Source: Aulosira sp. ZfuVER01 (GTDB lineage Bacteria; Cyanobacteriota; Cyanobacteriia; Cyanobacteriales; Nostocaceae). From it: 64,000 nucleotides of DNA. The notes under the pieces are model-generated. The model was not told the DNA's origin. It searched no databases and saw only the letters and a program-made list of their open reading frames with translations. The position numbers and the translations under genes are program-made. This document shows positions 10,069 through 21,155 of the stretch, in pieces (the first letter of the stretch is position 1; every line of letters begins with the position of its first letter). The stretch lies in assembly GCA_034530615.2 (NCBI GenBank), contig JAVRCV020000034.1:92344-156343 (forward strand), read 5' to 3'.

Positions 10069-10305
10069 GTCTTAGCTCCTTCCCCTGGCTATTGCCTATA
10101 TGGCATGGCATCAAAAGATACCATTTATTCAAGGAAGATATCATCCGCATAAGTAACCAAAAAACAGACTCAATAGCCTTTTATCTCCGGCTATATACTG
10201 TTGACGGAGTAGTAAATCTTATGTCAAGCTAATTCAACAATTCTCAGTAATTAAGCTGTAAAGATAGTCTCTAATAAAACTTAGCTAACTTGTGATTTCC
10301 TGGCG

Positions 10306-11655
10306 TCAACTACCAGTAAGAGGTTTGATATGAGCCGGAAATCTGCCATTTTGAAGAGCTATAACTGTGCTAAGAGAATCTTGTACCCAAAATTGCCTAC
10401 CAAAACGGACAAGTTGACGAGAATTACCGTCTTGGACTATGCCAATTACAGGGATTTTTGCTTTGTCTTTGTCACCGGATTGTTCTTTTAAAATATTCCT
10501 TAAGCGATCGCGTTCCTCAATGTTGACTGCTTGTAAGGGAGTTAGTTCTACCATTACTAGTTTTACGGTATCAACTACTTCAGCATCTTCAACAATAAAT
10601 TGAGTTTGTTCGTCTCGTCGGTCTACTTTACCCCAAATAATCAATCTGGCATCAACTTCGAGCAGAGAACTAATACGCTCGTAATTTTTAGGAAAGACTA
10701 CTGCTTCTGATTGAGAAGTTAAATCTTCGATTTGCAAAATTGCCATTGGGTCGCCTTTTTTGGTGATGACTTTTTTCACATTATTGAGCATGACAACTGC
10801 ACAAAGCAGAGTGTCTTCCCGTTGTTCACCAAGTTGCGACAGGTTAATTGGCGCTAAAACTAGAGATGATTGTTTAATAGATTTAAGGGGATGGTCTGAT
10901 ACATAAAACCCCAAAAGCTCTTTTTCCATCCGTAACTTTTCTTGGGGAGGGAAATCGGAAACAGCTTGAGCTTTAGGAGCAATTTCAAACGCATTATTGG
11001 CAGTTTTATTATTAGTAGAAGCAAATCCCCCTAATAAATCAAATATACTTCCCTGACCGCTGGCTCGGTCTTTGGCACGAGATTGTGCCCAGTCATAAAC
11101 TAGTGGTAGATCTTGACTTAGCTGGTGACGATTGGGTTGGATTTTGTCAAAAGCGCCACAGGAGATCAGCGACTCTAAAGTTCGACGGTTAACAGCACGC
11201 AAATCTACGCGATCGCAGAAATCCCCCAGGGATTTAAACTCTCCGCCTTCGTTTCTGGCTTCTAAAATAGAAGCGATCGCATTCTGTCCCACATTCCGAA
11301 CCGCCGAAAATCCAAACAAGATTTTTCCGGCTGCTGGCGTAAAATCCACACCAGAACGATTAATATTTGGCGGCTCGATTTGAATGTTCATACTCATACA
11401 GGTGGCAATATATTTCTGCACCTTGTCGGTGTCCCCACTGTTAGCCGTCAACAGCGCCGCCATATATTCCAACGGATAATTAGCTTTTAAATATGCTGTT
11501 TGATAAGTTACATACCCATAAGCAGTTGAATGAGATTTATTAAAACAATTGGAAGCTATCAAACCATTTTTAATGGCAAAATTATGGTCTAGCTCAACCC
11601 CAATGTCATAAACATTTTGTTCGCCCAATGATTTACGTGTAACTATCTTGACCAT
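10306..11655 (-). CDS. dnaE-c: DNA polymerase III alpha subunit C-terminal half with N-terminal split intein (DnaE-C)
   Basis: 36-aa IntC MVKIVTRKSLGEQNVYDIGVELDHNFAIKNGLIASN then extein CFNKSHSTAY; OB-fold TKKGDPMAILQIEDL. Confidence 0.97.
   Translation of the reverse strand: MVKIVTRKSLGEQNVYDIGVELDHNFAIKNGLIASNCFNKSHSTAYGYVTYQTAYLKANYPLEYMAALLTANSGDTDKVQKYIATCMSMNIQIEPPNINRSGVDFTPAAGKILFGFSAVRNVGQNAIASILEARNEGGEFKSLGDFCDRVDLRAVNRRTLESLISCGAFDKIQPNRHQLSQDLPLVYDWAQSRAKDRASGQGSIFDLLGGFASTNNKTANNAFEIAPKAQAVSDFPPQEKLRMEKELLGFYVSDHPLKSIKQSSLVLAPINLSQLGEQREDTLLCAVVMLNNVKKVITKKGDPMAILQIEDLTSQSEAVVFPKNYERISSLLEVDARLIIWGKVDRRDEQTQFIVEDAEVVDTVKLVMVELTPLQAVNIEERDRLRNILKEQSGDKDKAKIPVIGIVQDGNSRQLVRFGRQFWVQDSLSTVIALQNGRFPAHIKPLTGS
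11548..11655 (-). other. C-terminal half of the naturally split DnaE intein (IntC)
   Basis: Block F VYDIGV..DHNF and terminal ASN/CFN junction. Confidence 0.95.
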
Positions 11656-11796
11656 TTTTCATTAATTCCTTAAGTAAATATATATAAATGGTTTAATTGA
11701 TAAAGTTATTAGGATTTTAAACTAGGCAATGCCCATACTACACAATCTATTCGAGAGTGAACACTGCTATACTCTTACACGAATAATAGGGACTTA

Positions 11797-11961
11797 AGGG
11801 GATGAGGGAGCAGAGGGCAAGGGGGTCAAGGGGGACAAGGAAGACAAGAAATTTTAGATTTTGGATTTTAGATTGAAATCCAATCCAAAATCGCAAATCC
11901 AAAATTGTTTCCAATGCTCAATGCCCCATTCCCATTGCCCCATTCCCATTGCCCAATGCCC
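11797..11961. repeat. Cluster of short tandem repeats (STRR-type)
   Basis: GGGGACAAG-like 9-mers, ATTTTAG/ATTTTGG and AATCCAA 7-mers, CCCAATG/CCCATT units upstream of gatA. Confidence 0.8.
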
Positions 11962-12009
11962 AACCATAATGTACTAAAATCAAGGACTTGAGTCACAAAG
12001 GGAGCAATC

Positions 12010-13470
12010 ATGGCATCCATCCGCGAGTTGCACGAACAACTAATTAAAAAAGAACGTTCTGCCGTCGAAATTACCCAAGAAGCTTTAGATCGCATCCAAG
12101 CGGTAGAGCCAAAATTGCACAGTTTCTTGTGTGTAACTGCACAACAGGCGTTAGAGCAGGCTCGTGCAGTGGATGCTAAAATCGCTGCTGGTGAAGAAAT
12201 TGGACTGCTAGCAGGAATTCCTATTGGTATCAAGGATAATCTCTGTACCAAAGGCATTACCACCACTTGCGCCTCCCGAATTTTAGAAAATTTTGTGCCA
12301 CCTTATGAATCAACGGTAACGCAAAAGCTGGCAGATGCTGGCGCTGTGATGGTGGGAAAAACCAACTTGGATGAGTTTGCAATGGGCAGTTCCACAGAAA
12401 ACTCTGCCTACCAAGTCACGGCTAATCCTTGGGATTTATCGCGGATTCCTGGTGGTTCTTCTGGAGGTTCAGCGGCGGCGGTAGCGGCAGAAGAATGTGT
12501 TGTCGCCCTTGGTTCTGATACTGGCGGCTCAATTCGTCAACCTGCTTCTTTCTGCGGTGTAGTTGGGCTAAAACCAACTTACGGATTGGTTTCTCGTTAC
12601 GGTTTAGTAGCTTATGCTTCATCTTTGGATCAAATTGGGCCTTTTGGGCGCACAGTAGAAGATGCGGCAATATTATTAAGTGCGATCGCAGGTTACGATC
12701 CCAAAGATTCAACTAGCCTCAAAGTTGAAATTCCCGATTATGCAGCTAGTTTAAAACCAGACCTGAAAGCAAGAAAAAAGCTGAGAATCGGTATCATCAA
12801 AGAAACTTTTGGTGAAGGCTTGGACTCGGTGGTAGAACAAGCTGTTACCAAAGCGATCGATCAACTACAACATTTGGGAGCAGAAATTCATGTAGTTTCC
12901 TGTCCCCGCTTCCGCTATGGCTTACCTAGCTACTACATCATTGCCCCTTCGGAAGCTTCCGCTAACCTAGCTCGTTATGATGGTGTGAAGTATGGTTTGC
13001 GTGTGCCTGATGCAGATAATTTACTGTCAATGTACACTCGTACCCGCGCATCTGGTTTTGGTACAGAAGTGAAACGGCGGATTATGATTGGCACTTATGC
13101 CCTTTCTGCTGGCTATTACGATGCTTACTATCTCAAAGCACAAAAAGTCCGCACTCTGATTAAGCAAGACTTTGAAAGAGCATTTGAACAAGTTGATGTG
13201 TTAGTTTGTCCTACTGCTCCCACTACAGCATTCAAAGCAGGGGAAAAAACTACCGATCCCTTGAGTATGTATTTAACTGACTTGATGACTATTCCTGTCA
13301 ACCTTGCAGGTTTACCAGGTTTAAGTGTGCCTTGTGGATTCGATGAGCAAGGGCTACCTATTGGATTGCAGCTAATTGGCAGGGTGTTGCGAGAAGATCA
13401 ACTATTTCAGGTGGCTCACGCCTATGAGCAATCAACTACTTGGCATATCAGTCAACCAAAAATAGCTTGA
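12010..13470 (+). CDS. gatA: Asp-tRNA(Asn)/Glu-tRNA(Gln) amidotransferase subunit A
   Basis: Amidase signature [39 protein letters not shown]. Confidence 0.97.
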   Translation: MASIRELHEQLIKKERSAVEITQEALDRIQAVEPKLHSFLCVTAQQALEQARAVDAKIAAGEEIGLLAGIPIGIKDNLCTKGITTTCASRILENFVPPYESTVTQKLADAGAVMVGKTNLDEFAMGSSTENSAYQVTANPWDLSRIPGGSSGGSAAAVAAEECVVALGSDTGGSIRQPASFCGVVGLKPTYGLVSRYGLVAYASSLDQIGPFGRTVEDAAILLSAIAGYDPKDSTSLKVEIPDYAASLKPDLKARKKLRIGIIKETFGEGLDSVVEQAVTKAIDQLQHLGAEIHVVSCPRFRYGLPSYYIIAPSEASANLARYDGVKYGLRVPDADNLLSMYTRTRASGFGTEVKRRIMIGTYALSAGYYDAYYLKAQKVRTLIKQDFERAFEQVDVLVCPTAPTTAFKAGEKTTDPLSMYLTDLMTIPVNLAGLPGLSVPCGFDEQGLPIGLQLIGRVLREDQLFQVAHAYEQSTTWHISQPKIA

Positions 13471-13473
13471 AAA

Positions 13474-13625
13474 TGGGCATTGGGCATTGGGCATTGGGCA
13501 TTGGGCAATAGGCAAGAGTTATTAGTTATTTCTCCCTGAGGCCCCTTGTCTCCCTTGTCCCCCTTGTCCTCCTTGTCCCCTCTACTCCCCTGCTCCCTCA
13601 TCCTCCTTGTATCCTTACTTCCTAT
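13474..13625. repeat. STRR heptamer (TGGGCAT)n followed by CCCTTGTCC-type 9-mers
   Basis: At least four exact TGGGCAT copies from 13474; CCCTTGTCY copies at about 13543-13580. Confidence 0.85.
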
Positions 13626-13794
13626 TCCCTAAAAAAATAGTGTAGTTTTGTAAATTTTTGTATATAATCATACTAATAATTCAAGCTCATTAAAATTTTA
13701 CTGTTCCGATTCATCCTAGCTGGACAATTACGAAGATACCAGTTAGGAAAATTTTTGTGTTTATAGGTACTAGTAATTTCACGTAATCAGGTAC

Positions 13795-14685
13795 ATGAGC
13801 ATAGACAAGTTGCAACTACCATTGGATTTTTTATTAAAGCTGCTACTTTGTGTCGGTATTATTGCCGCGATCGCCTATTTAGCATTTTGTTTGTTACTTT
13901 TTATTCAGCAACCGCGGTTCATCTTCTTTCCTTCTAGTGTTATTGAAGACACACCAGAGTTTTTTGATATTGCGCATGAAGAAGTTTGGTTACAAGTACC
14001 GATGCGATCGCGTCAGGTGGAACGCATCCACGGTTGGTGGCTCAAAGCTAAACAACCGAATGACAAAGTGTTGTTGTATCTACACGGTAATGGCATTAAT
14101 ATTGGTGCCAATATTAACCATGCCTATCGATTTTATCAACTAGGATTTTCTGTATTGCTAATTGATTACCGGGGTTATGGACGCAGTGAAGGTGCCTTTC
14201 CCAATGAAAAGAGAGTTTATCAAGATGCAGTTACAGCCTGGAATTACTTGGTACAGCAACGACAAATTTCACCTGGGCAGATTTTTATTTATGGGCATTC
14301 TTTGGGGGGTGCAATAGGCATTGATCTGGCAGTAAAACACCCAAATGCGGCTGGATTAATTGTGGAAAGTTCTTTCACCTCCATTCGGGAGGTAGTAGCT
14401 TACAGGAACTTGTTTCGGATGTTCCCCGTCGATTTAATTCTGACACAGCGGTTTGAATCGATTAAAAAATTACCAAAATTGAAAATGCCAGTTTTATTTA
14501 TTCACGGCACCGCCGATTCCAGTGTGCCGTTTTTCATGAGCCAAAAACTATATGCGGTTGCACCTGAAGCCAAAAAGCTGATTTTAGTTCCTGGCGCAGG
14601 ACACAATGATGTAGCAGATGTAGCAGGTGTGGAATATATGCAATGGGTGGATGATTTTGTTCAACAAGTTTATGTACCCAGGTAA
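13795..14685 (+). CDS. Alpha/beta hydrolase (ABHD/BEM46-like) with N-terminal TM
   Basis: LHGNG, DYRGYGRS, GHSLGG, IHGTAD, GAGHN. Confidence 0.9.
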   Translation: MSIDKLQLPLDFLLKLLLCVGIIAAIAYLAFCLLLFIQQPRFIFFPSSVIEDTPEFFDIAHEEVWLQVPMRSRQVERIHGWWLKAKQPNDKVLLYLHGNGINIGANINHAYRFYQLGFSVLLIDYRGYGRSEGAFPNEKRVYQDAVTAWNYLVQQRQISPGQIFIYGHSLGGAIGIDLAVKHPNAAGLIVESSFTSIREVVAYRNLFRMFPVDLILTQRFESIKKLPKLKMPVLFIHGTADSSVPFFMSQKLYAVAPEAKKLILVPGAGHNDVADVAGVEYMQWVDDFVQQVYVPR

Positions 14686-15018
14686 GGGAACGGTTAATAG
14701 AGATGAATATTTGACACTAAAAGTATCCGATCGCAACCATTATTCAAGTGTTTTCAATAGCTTCTATTCTTGGCTTTTAAGTATTTATTACAAGAGATGA
14801 ATTGCTAATTTATACTGCATATTAAATCATCAAGCTTATTTGTAAAAACAAATAACTAATGACCGTTTTCGCACAAAAATATCCAAACTTAAACAGGCAT
14901 TAGCATATTCAACTCACTTAAAAAATAATACATAACAATCCGGATAAGTTAGCTCATAGCAGAAGAAATTATACAGGTGGAACTACTATCTGCTCCAGTA
15001 CTGGAAGAGACTTAAATT

Positions 15019-16098
15019 ATGACTATGGCACCTGTATATTTAGTAACAATTCCTGGAAATAATCCTATTGAAATTTCTCAAGATGAATTGCGATCACTGC
15101 TCAGGGAAATTGAGTCCGAATTGCATCAGAGTAAGGTTTATCGCCGTGCTTTGGCTACCTTACAGCAGTTGCTAGGAGCATCTGCCGAGCAAGCAAAAAT
15201 TTTATTTAAAGCTGTCAGTAGAGAAGCAATTGGTTTAGCATTTCAGCAATTTGCAACACATGGTCAGCAAGTTGTAGATAGTAGCACTCAGACAGATGAT
15301 ACTAATATTTCTGCCAGGGTTGAACAAGAAAAATTAGAAAATTCAGCACAGCGGTTAACAAGTGTTAAATCACACGCACAAGAATCTATTGCAAATACCA
15401 CTTTGGGTAATTCACCTACACAGACGAACACATCTGTAGATGTAGCAAAAACCCCAGAATCTAAATTTCCCACAGCATGGATGAAGCGATTTAATCTTAA
15501 TAAACAAACGTCTAATGCTGAACAAAATAAGCTAACAGCATCTGAAGAATATGCCGTAAGTTTGCGTGAAATTAGTCAACAACTGCGCCAAGCTCGTGAG
15601 TCCAAAGGGTTGTCTTTGATGCAACTGCAAGCATATACTCTGATACCACTCCATTATATGGAGGCTTTAGACAATGGTAATTTAGATTTATTACCAGAAG
15701 ATGTATTTATTCGTGGCTTTATTCGCATTACAGGCAATGCTTTGGGATTAAATGGTACAGCCTTAGCAGCTTCTTTACCCAAACCTGAAACAGTCAAATC
15801 AGTTTTGCCATCTTGGTGTCAAGCGAAAAAAGCGTCTGAAGTTTCGGGACTGGAAATCCGCCCGATGCATTTGTATGTTGGCTATACAGCCCTTGTTGCT
15901 GGAGCAGTAGGAGGATTATCCTTGATCTCTCAACAAGCCAACTCTGAAAAAACGCTGCAAGTTAATGTTGATAGTCAACCCTCTTCATCCCTATCGCAGT
16001 TTAAACAGAAGACGGAAACAACTACTAAACCAGGAATTAAGTCTAGTAGTACTAGTGTCATAGTCGGGCCAGATATTTCCCCACCAGAGGCGCTTTAA
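15019..16098 (+). CDS. Helix-turn-helix (RodZ-type HTH) protein with TM segment
   Basis: LRQARESKGLSL...LPEDVFIRGFIR...LGLNG, then a hydrophobic stretch. Confidence 0.7.
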   Translation: MTMAPVYLVTIPGNNPIEISQDELRSLLREIESELHQSKVYRRALATLQQLLGASAEQAKILFKAVSREAIGLAFQQFATHGQQVVDSSTQTDDTNISARVEQEKLENSAQRLTSVKSHAQESIANTTLGNSPTQTNTSVDVAKTPESKFPTAWMKRFNLNKQTSNAEQNKLTASEEYAVSLREISQQLRQARESKGLSLMQLQAYTLIPLHYMEALDNGNLDLLPEDVFIRGFIRITGNALGLNGTALAASLPKPETVKSVLPSWCQAKKASEVSGLEIRPMHLYVGYTALVAGAVGGLSLISQQANSEKTLQVNVDSQPSSSLSQFKQKTETTTKPGIKSSSTSVIVGPDISPPEAL

Positions 16099-16753
16099 TT
16101 AGGGCGTGGTTTCGACTTGGATCGCTCTTTTGCACTGCTTGTAGAAGAGCGATCGCATTTTACTTAGCCTATATACCTCCCAATTAGCTTTAATCTCAAC
16201 ATATTTGCTGAATAACAGGTTAACATTAACTTGTGTATAAATAACTAGATATCTCGATATCAATAAAAAGTAAACTTTATCAAAGTTACAGACTTTTAAC
16301 TGCTTTGTGTCTGCAAAATAAATAGTTGTGCAAGGTTAATTTTTAGGCAATATCTGCTTTATTAATTTTAGAATTTTTATTTTTAATTTTAATTAAAAGT
16401 TAATTTTAAATTATAGAAAAATACTGGATATATTTCCCATTAATTCATTAAGGGTGGTAAAAATACCTAATTGATTTTATAGTAAAAGTCAATATATTTA
16501 TAAGTATTTCATTTGAGTTTTCTACCTTATTGTTTATTAAACAACCTTATTTACCATGAACATATAAGGCTAGAAAGCTTACTATAGCTATAAACTAGCC
16601 TTTTACTCAGTTCAAAGCCTAGAAAGTTAGGATATATATAAATTCACTGGCAGAGATTAAATCTTTAATGAAGCTCATGTTTATCAAGTTGCTTTTTCAA
16701 AAATCTAAGTATATTTTCAGAATATATAGTTCTCTTGGTGTTCTAAGTTTCTT

Positions 16754-17446
16754 ATGAACAATTCATTTCTTCCTGCATTGTTAACAACAACCACTATTGC
16801 TTTTGCTGCTTCAGTAATACCAGCACAGGCGTTTGAATTGGGGTTCACAAACAAAACTAATAATGGATCAATCAATGTGGGTTCCCAATTTACAACAACT
16901 GTTGATGATATAGGCTCCGGAAAAGTTAAGTTTACATTTAGCAATCCTGGCCCAACAGATGCGACAATTACGCAGATTAATTTTGGAAAAACTAACTTCC
17001 TTAATTTATTGAGTTTCTCCTCTCTGAGTAGTACAAATCCCCATGATTCAGATCTAGGAGTCAATTTCAGCAAAGCTACTAATCCTACAAATCTTCCGGC
17101 TATATTTGGCTGGAATCCTGCAATAACTTTTGACGCTAAAAACCCATCTGGTTATCAGAAATACGGTGTAGATAAAGGTGAGTCTCTGTCAATCATATTT
17201 AATTTGGCAAGCGGCAAAACATTTAGCGATATCGAAACAGGATTTAAAACTGGAACCTTAGCAATTGCTACACACGTTCAAAGTATTGGTGGCTCTAGTG
17301 GTTTTAGTGATAAGTTTGAAAGCACTTATAATACTAAATCAGTACCAGAACCAAGCACAATCCTTGGACTTGCAGCTTTTGGCATGAGTGGTTTATTGAT
17401 TCGGAAGAAGCGCAAAAATGCCAACGCTGAAAAGGTGACAGCTTAA
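16754..17446 (+). CDS. PEP-CTERM sorting domain protein
   Basis: Signal peptide ending PAQA; C-terminal VPEPSTILGLAAFG TM and basic tail RKKRK. Confidence 0.92.
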   Translation: MNNSFLPALLTTTTIAFAASVIPAQAFELGFTNKTNNGSINVGSQFTTTVDDIGSGKVKFTFSNPGPTDATITQINFGKTNFLNLLSFSSLSSTNPHDSDLGVNFSKATNPTNLPAIFGWNPAITFDAKNPSGYQKYGVDKGESLSIIFNLASGKTFSDIETGFKTGTLAIATHVQSIGGSSGFSDKFESTYNTKSVPEPSTILGLAAFGMSGLLIRKKRKNANAEKVTA

Positions 17447-17568
17447 TTAAAGTTCAATTCAGAATTCTCAGACTCATGTTATAACCCAGCAATTTTTCTG
17501 TAAAATATACGCATTGTAGAGGCAAGAACCACATTAAATTTCTGAGAAATGTTGTAATTGAAAATTTG

Positions 17569-17636
17569 AAACCATAGATAAACAAAAAGGTACTCTCATC
17601 AATATCTGTGTACCTCTTGTGTAAATCTATGGTTTT
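17569..17636. repeat. Long imperfect inverted repeat
   Basis: AAACCATAGAT..AGGTAC ... GTACCT..ATCTATGGTTT. Confidence 0.6.
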
Positions 17637-17727
17637 TTGCTTTCTATTACCTAGCTTTGATTTTAAATCTAAGTTTAATTAATAAGTCTGTTGGAAAATA
17701 AGGCCAATACTCACAAAATGAGGAGTT

Positions 17728-17985
17728 TTACGCTTTATTCAGCCAAGACTCTAATGCGGTTTTTGCTATTCTCGTTGTCACAAGAATAATGAACATACTC
17801 AAAATGCCAGTTTTGTAAAGATTCTGGTTGACATCATTCTCAACCTGAGGTTCATAGGTAAGAGAGGTATGATAATAGCAGTTCCGGTAGAGTGCGCATG
17901 TAGTACCGTCAGTAGTTTGCGCGATCGCTAAAGTGGTTATAGATGCTATTAAGCCTGCAACAATTAAAGATGTAAAGCGATTCAT
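17728..17985 (-). CDS. Small hypothetical protein (signal peptide plus C-terminal TM)
   Basis: MNRFTSLIVAGLIASITTLAIA signal-like; hydrophobic C-terminal segment. Confidence 0.5.
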   Translation of the reverse strand: MNRFTSLIVAGLIASITTLAIAQTTDGTTCALYRNCYYHTSLTYEPQVENDVNQNLYKTGILSMFIILVTTRIAKTALESWLNKA

Positions 17986-18173
17986 AAGTTGTGAGCTTAG
18001 AAAATCGATATTACTTACTACACAGGACAATCAAAGGATTTCCGAAATTATCTCAAATTAGCTATAAAGCATATACCGTAAGGTTTTAAGCCAAATTTGA
18101 GTTGACTCTCTACGCACTCTCACTCACCTTTAGTCACAGTCTTTATGAAGTGCATAAAGTTGACTCATGACAA

Positions 18174-19490
18174 TCAAGGACTTAGGATTTTACCTCGACA
18201 TTCTCCAAATCCAACTCGCTTGTAACCTGCTTTCTCACAATATCCGCGAAGGATCACTTCATCTCCATCAGATAAAAATTTTCTGAGTTCACCTGTAGGT
18301 AGTGCAATAGGTTTGGAACCACGTTGAGTCATCTCCAGCAAACAACCCTGAGTACCTTCTTCTGCACCAGAGACTGTTCCACTAGCAAGTAAATCTCCCG
18401 AACGCAAGTTGCAGCCATTACTTGAGTGATGGGTAAGCATTTGCGCTATTGTCCAATACATCTGCTGGAAAGAACTACGACTCAAACGAAACGGTTGCGA
18501 ACCCTGTTCTTGCATCTGGGCTGAACGAATCCAAACTTCCAGCGTCATATCGATACCACCCAAACTAGAATTCAGTGGTGAAGAGAGATAAGGTAGCGGC
18601 TGAGGATCTTCTTGACTGCGACCAAAAGCCGGACAGCGAAAGGGTGCTAAAGCTTCTAAGGTGACGACCCAAGGAGAAATTGTTGTCGCAAAACTCTTGG
18701 CTAAAAATGGGCCAAGGGGTTGGTATTCCCACGCCTGGATATCTCGTGCTGACCAGTCATTCACTAAGCACAATCCAAATATATGTTCTTCAGTTTTATC
18801 TATATGTATGGGTTGTCCTAACTGATTTCCAGCACCGACAAAAAATCCAACTTCCAACTCGTAATCCAGCATTTGAGAAGCTGTAAAGCTGGGGGCTGAA
18901 TCTTCTGGTTTCTTGATTTGTCCACTGGGACGCTGAATAACAGTATTACTAGTCACAATTGAGGAAGCCCGCCCATGATAAGCAATGGGTACATATTTGT
19001 AGTTAGGAAGTAATGGATTATCTGGACGGAAAAGCTTCCCTACATTTGTGGCGTGAAATATTGAGGCGTAAAAGTCAGTATAATCACCAATGATTGCTGG
19101 TAGTAAAAGTTCAGCTTCAGATCGGAAAATGAGAATTTCTGCTTCTGGAGGAGGCTGTGGTGTGTCGTATCGCAACAACTCGCTTAAACGATGACGCAAC
19201 GCTAATCTCGCTTGGCTTTCCATTCCCATCAATAAATTTAAATTTGGTGCTGTAAATGCTGCTTGCATCTGTTCGGGAAGTTCTGAAAATAAGCCTAGTT
19301 GGGAACATCTAGCTAAATCTAAAATCTTGTCTCCAATTGCAACCCCAATTCGCGGCGGTTCAGCGCTACCCTGAATGCGGAATACACCAAAAGGCAAGTT
19401 TTGGATTGGAAAATCTGCGTCTTCTTGATTGGCTGACTCTACCCAACTGCGTAGATTTGGGTCATGAGTGGCGTCAATGGTATAGGTCAT
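18174..19490 (-). CDS. fahA: Fumarylacetoacetase
   Basis: FPIQNLPFGVF, DYTDFY, YHGRASS, LDYELE, NDWSARDIQAWEYQPLGPF, GFGEC. Confidence 0.93.
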   Translation of the reverse strand: MTYTIDATHDPNLRSWVESANQEDADFPIQNLPFGVFRIQGSAEPPRIGVAIGDKILDLARCSQLGLFSELPEQMQAAFTAPNLNLLMGMESQARLALRHRLSELLRYDTPQPPPEAEILIFRSEAELLLPAIIGDYTDFYASIFHATNVGKLFRPDNPLLPNYKYVPIAYHGRASSIVTSNTVIQRPSGQIKKPEDSAPSFTASQMLDYELEVGFFVGAGNQLGQPIHIDKTEEHIFGLCLVNDWSARDIQAWEYQPLGPFLAKSFATTISPWVVTLEALAPFRCPAFGRSQEDPQPLPYLSSPLNSSLGGIDMTLEVWIRSAQMQEQGSQPFRLSRSSFQQMYWTIAQMLTHHSSNGCNLRSGDLLASGTVSGAEEGTQGCLLEMTQRGSKPIALPTGELRKFLSDGDEVILRGYCEKAGYKRVGFGECRGKILSP

Positions 19491-19631
19491 AAGTGGAGAT
19501 GAGGTGAGTGGAGGAGTAGGTAGACTCACATCCTGCACTTAAAAGGGTATACCAAGAGCAGACAGATAAAAAGTATCAAAATGTAACAATAAAATAGGCG
19601 ATGCAATTTCTGCAACTTGTAGGAAAAAACA

Positions 19632-19952
19632 ATGGATTGGATATACCTTCTGATTGCTGGGTTGCTGGAGATGGGATGGGCAATTGGTTTGAAGTATACA
19701 CAGGGATTTACGAAGCTTGTGCCTAGTATTGCTACTGTTGCTTGTATGATAGTGAGTTTTGCTTTCTTATCAATAGCGCTGCGCACATTACCAGTGGGTA
19801 CAGCTTATGCCATCTGGACTGGTATAGGAGCCGCAGGTACGGCTTTGATGGGTGTAATTTTGTTGGGAGAACCTGCTGAATTCAGGCGTTTTTTCTGTAT
19901 TGGTTTAATTATGGCTGGTGTGCTGGGGCTGAGGCTTGTTTCCTCACATTAG
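19632..19952 (+). CDS. sugE: SMR family exporter, Gdx/SugE subtype
   Basis: [42 protein letters not shown]. Confidence 0.88.
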   Translation: MDWIYLLIAGLLEMGWAIGLKYTQGFTKLVPSIATVACMIVSFAFLSIALRTLPVGTAYAIWTGIGAAGTALMGVILLGEPAEFRRFFCIGLIMAGVLGLRLVSSH

Positions 19953-20046
19953 TCTTAACCTGGAAGCAGGTGCGATCGCACAAAGTACAATTTGGCATCC
20001 AAAGCTGTATTCTCAAATAGGGTATTCTGCATTTGTAAATTACTAT

Positions 20047-20946
20047 ATGTCTGCTGGACAAAAACTACGACAGTTATTGGCGCGTCCTGAAATTATTGTT
20101 ATTCCTGGAGTTTACGACTGTCTGGGTGCTAAGTTGGCTGAAAACTCAGGTTTTGAAGTAGTAGCTACTAGTGGTTTTGGCATTGCTGCTTCTACATTGG
20201 GTTTACCAGACTACGGTTTTCTTACCGCTACGGAAATGCTCTATAGTGTAGGGCGAATTGCGCAATCAATTACTATTCCCTTGATTGCTGATTTGGATAC
20301 TGGCTACGGTAACGCTTTGAATGCAATCCGGACTGTCAAAGATGCTGTACAGTTGGGTTTGGCTGGGGTGCTGCTAGAAGATCAGGAATGGCCGAAAAAG
20401 TGCGGTCACTTTGAGGGTAAGCGAGTTATCCCGCTTGCAGAACACGCCGGAAAAATCCGCGCCGCAGTTGAAGCCCGTGGTGATAGCGATCTGGTAATCA
20501 TTGCTCGCACAGATGCGCGTGCTACCTTGGGTTTAGAAGAAGCGATCGCTCGTGGTCGGGCTTATATCGCTGCGGGTGCAGATATACTCTTTGTAGAAGC
20601 TCCCCAATCTGTAGAAGAATTAAAAGCGATCGCAGATGCTTTCCCAGATGTGCCACTAGTGGCTAATATCGTTGAAGGTGGTAAAACTCCACAACTAACT
20701 GCTTCTGAGTTACAGCAATTAGGCTTTAAAATAGTGTTTTTTCCGCTTACTGCTCTGTTCGCTGTCACTAAGGTAATGGCTGCTTGCTTGACTCACTTAA
20801 AAACGCAGGGAAACACGGCGAATTTTGCAGATTTAGTCAGCTTTCAAGATTTTCAAGAAATCATCGGTGTTCCTAAATATCTGCAAATAGAAAAGAACTT
20901 TGCAGCAGAAAACTACACACCAATTTCTGACACAATCCAGAAATAA
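20047..20946 (+). CDS. Isocitrate lyase/PEP mutase family enzyme (methylisocitrate lyase-like)
   Basis: ADLDTGYG, EDQEWPKKCGH, IIARTDA, FVEAP, NIVEGGKTP. Confidence 0.88.
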   Translation: MSAGQKLRQLLARPEIIVIPGVYDCLGAKLAENSGFEVVATSGFGIAASTLGLPDYGFLTATEMLYSVGRIAQSITIPLIADLDTGYGNALNAIRTVKDAVQLGLAGVLLEDQEWPKKCGHFEGKRVIPLAEHAGKIRAAVEARGDSDLVIIARTDARATLGLEEAIARGRAYIAAGADILFVEAPQSVEELKAIADAFPDVPLVANIVEGGKTPQLTASELQQLGFKIVFFPLTALFAVTKVMAACLTHLKTQGNTANFADLVSFQDFQEIIGVPKYLQIEKNFAAENYTPISDTIQK

Positions 20947-21155
20947 AAGTGTTTATTTTATTAGACATTGCCTACGAAAATAAAAACATGTAGGTAATGC
21001 CCACCCTACGAAGTTTTCACTGGTTGCTGAAGGACCTAAAAATCAGGATTAGAGATGATTTTCTCCCGAAATTGAAAAAAGAAGGTTAAAAAACTGGGTT
21101 AGCGTTACCGACAATATGGGAAACTTGGCAATAGTTCTAAGACAATAAATTTAAG

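Noticed and set aside
19491..19631. Guanidine riboswitch upstream of sugE/gdx
   Set aside because: No paired ACGR-loop hairpins or ykkC-type motifs are visible.
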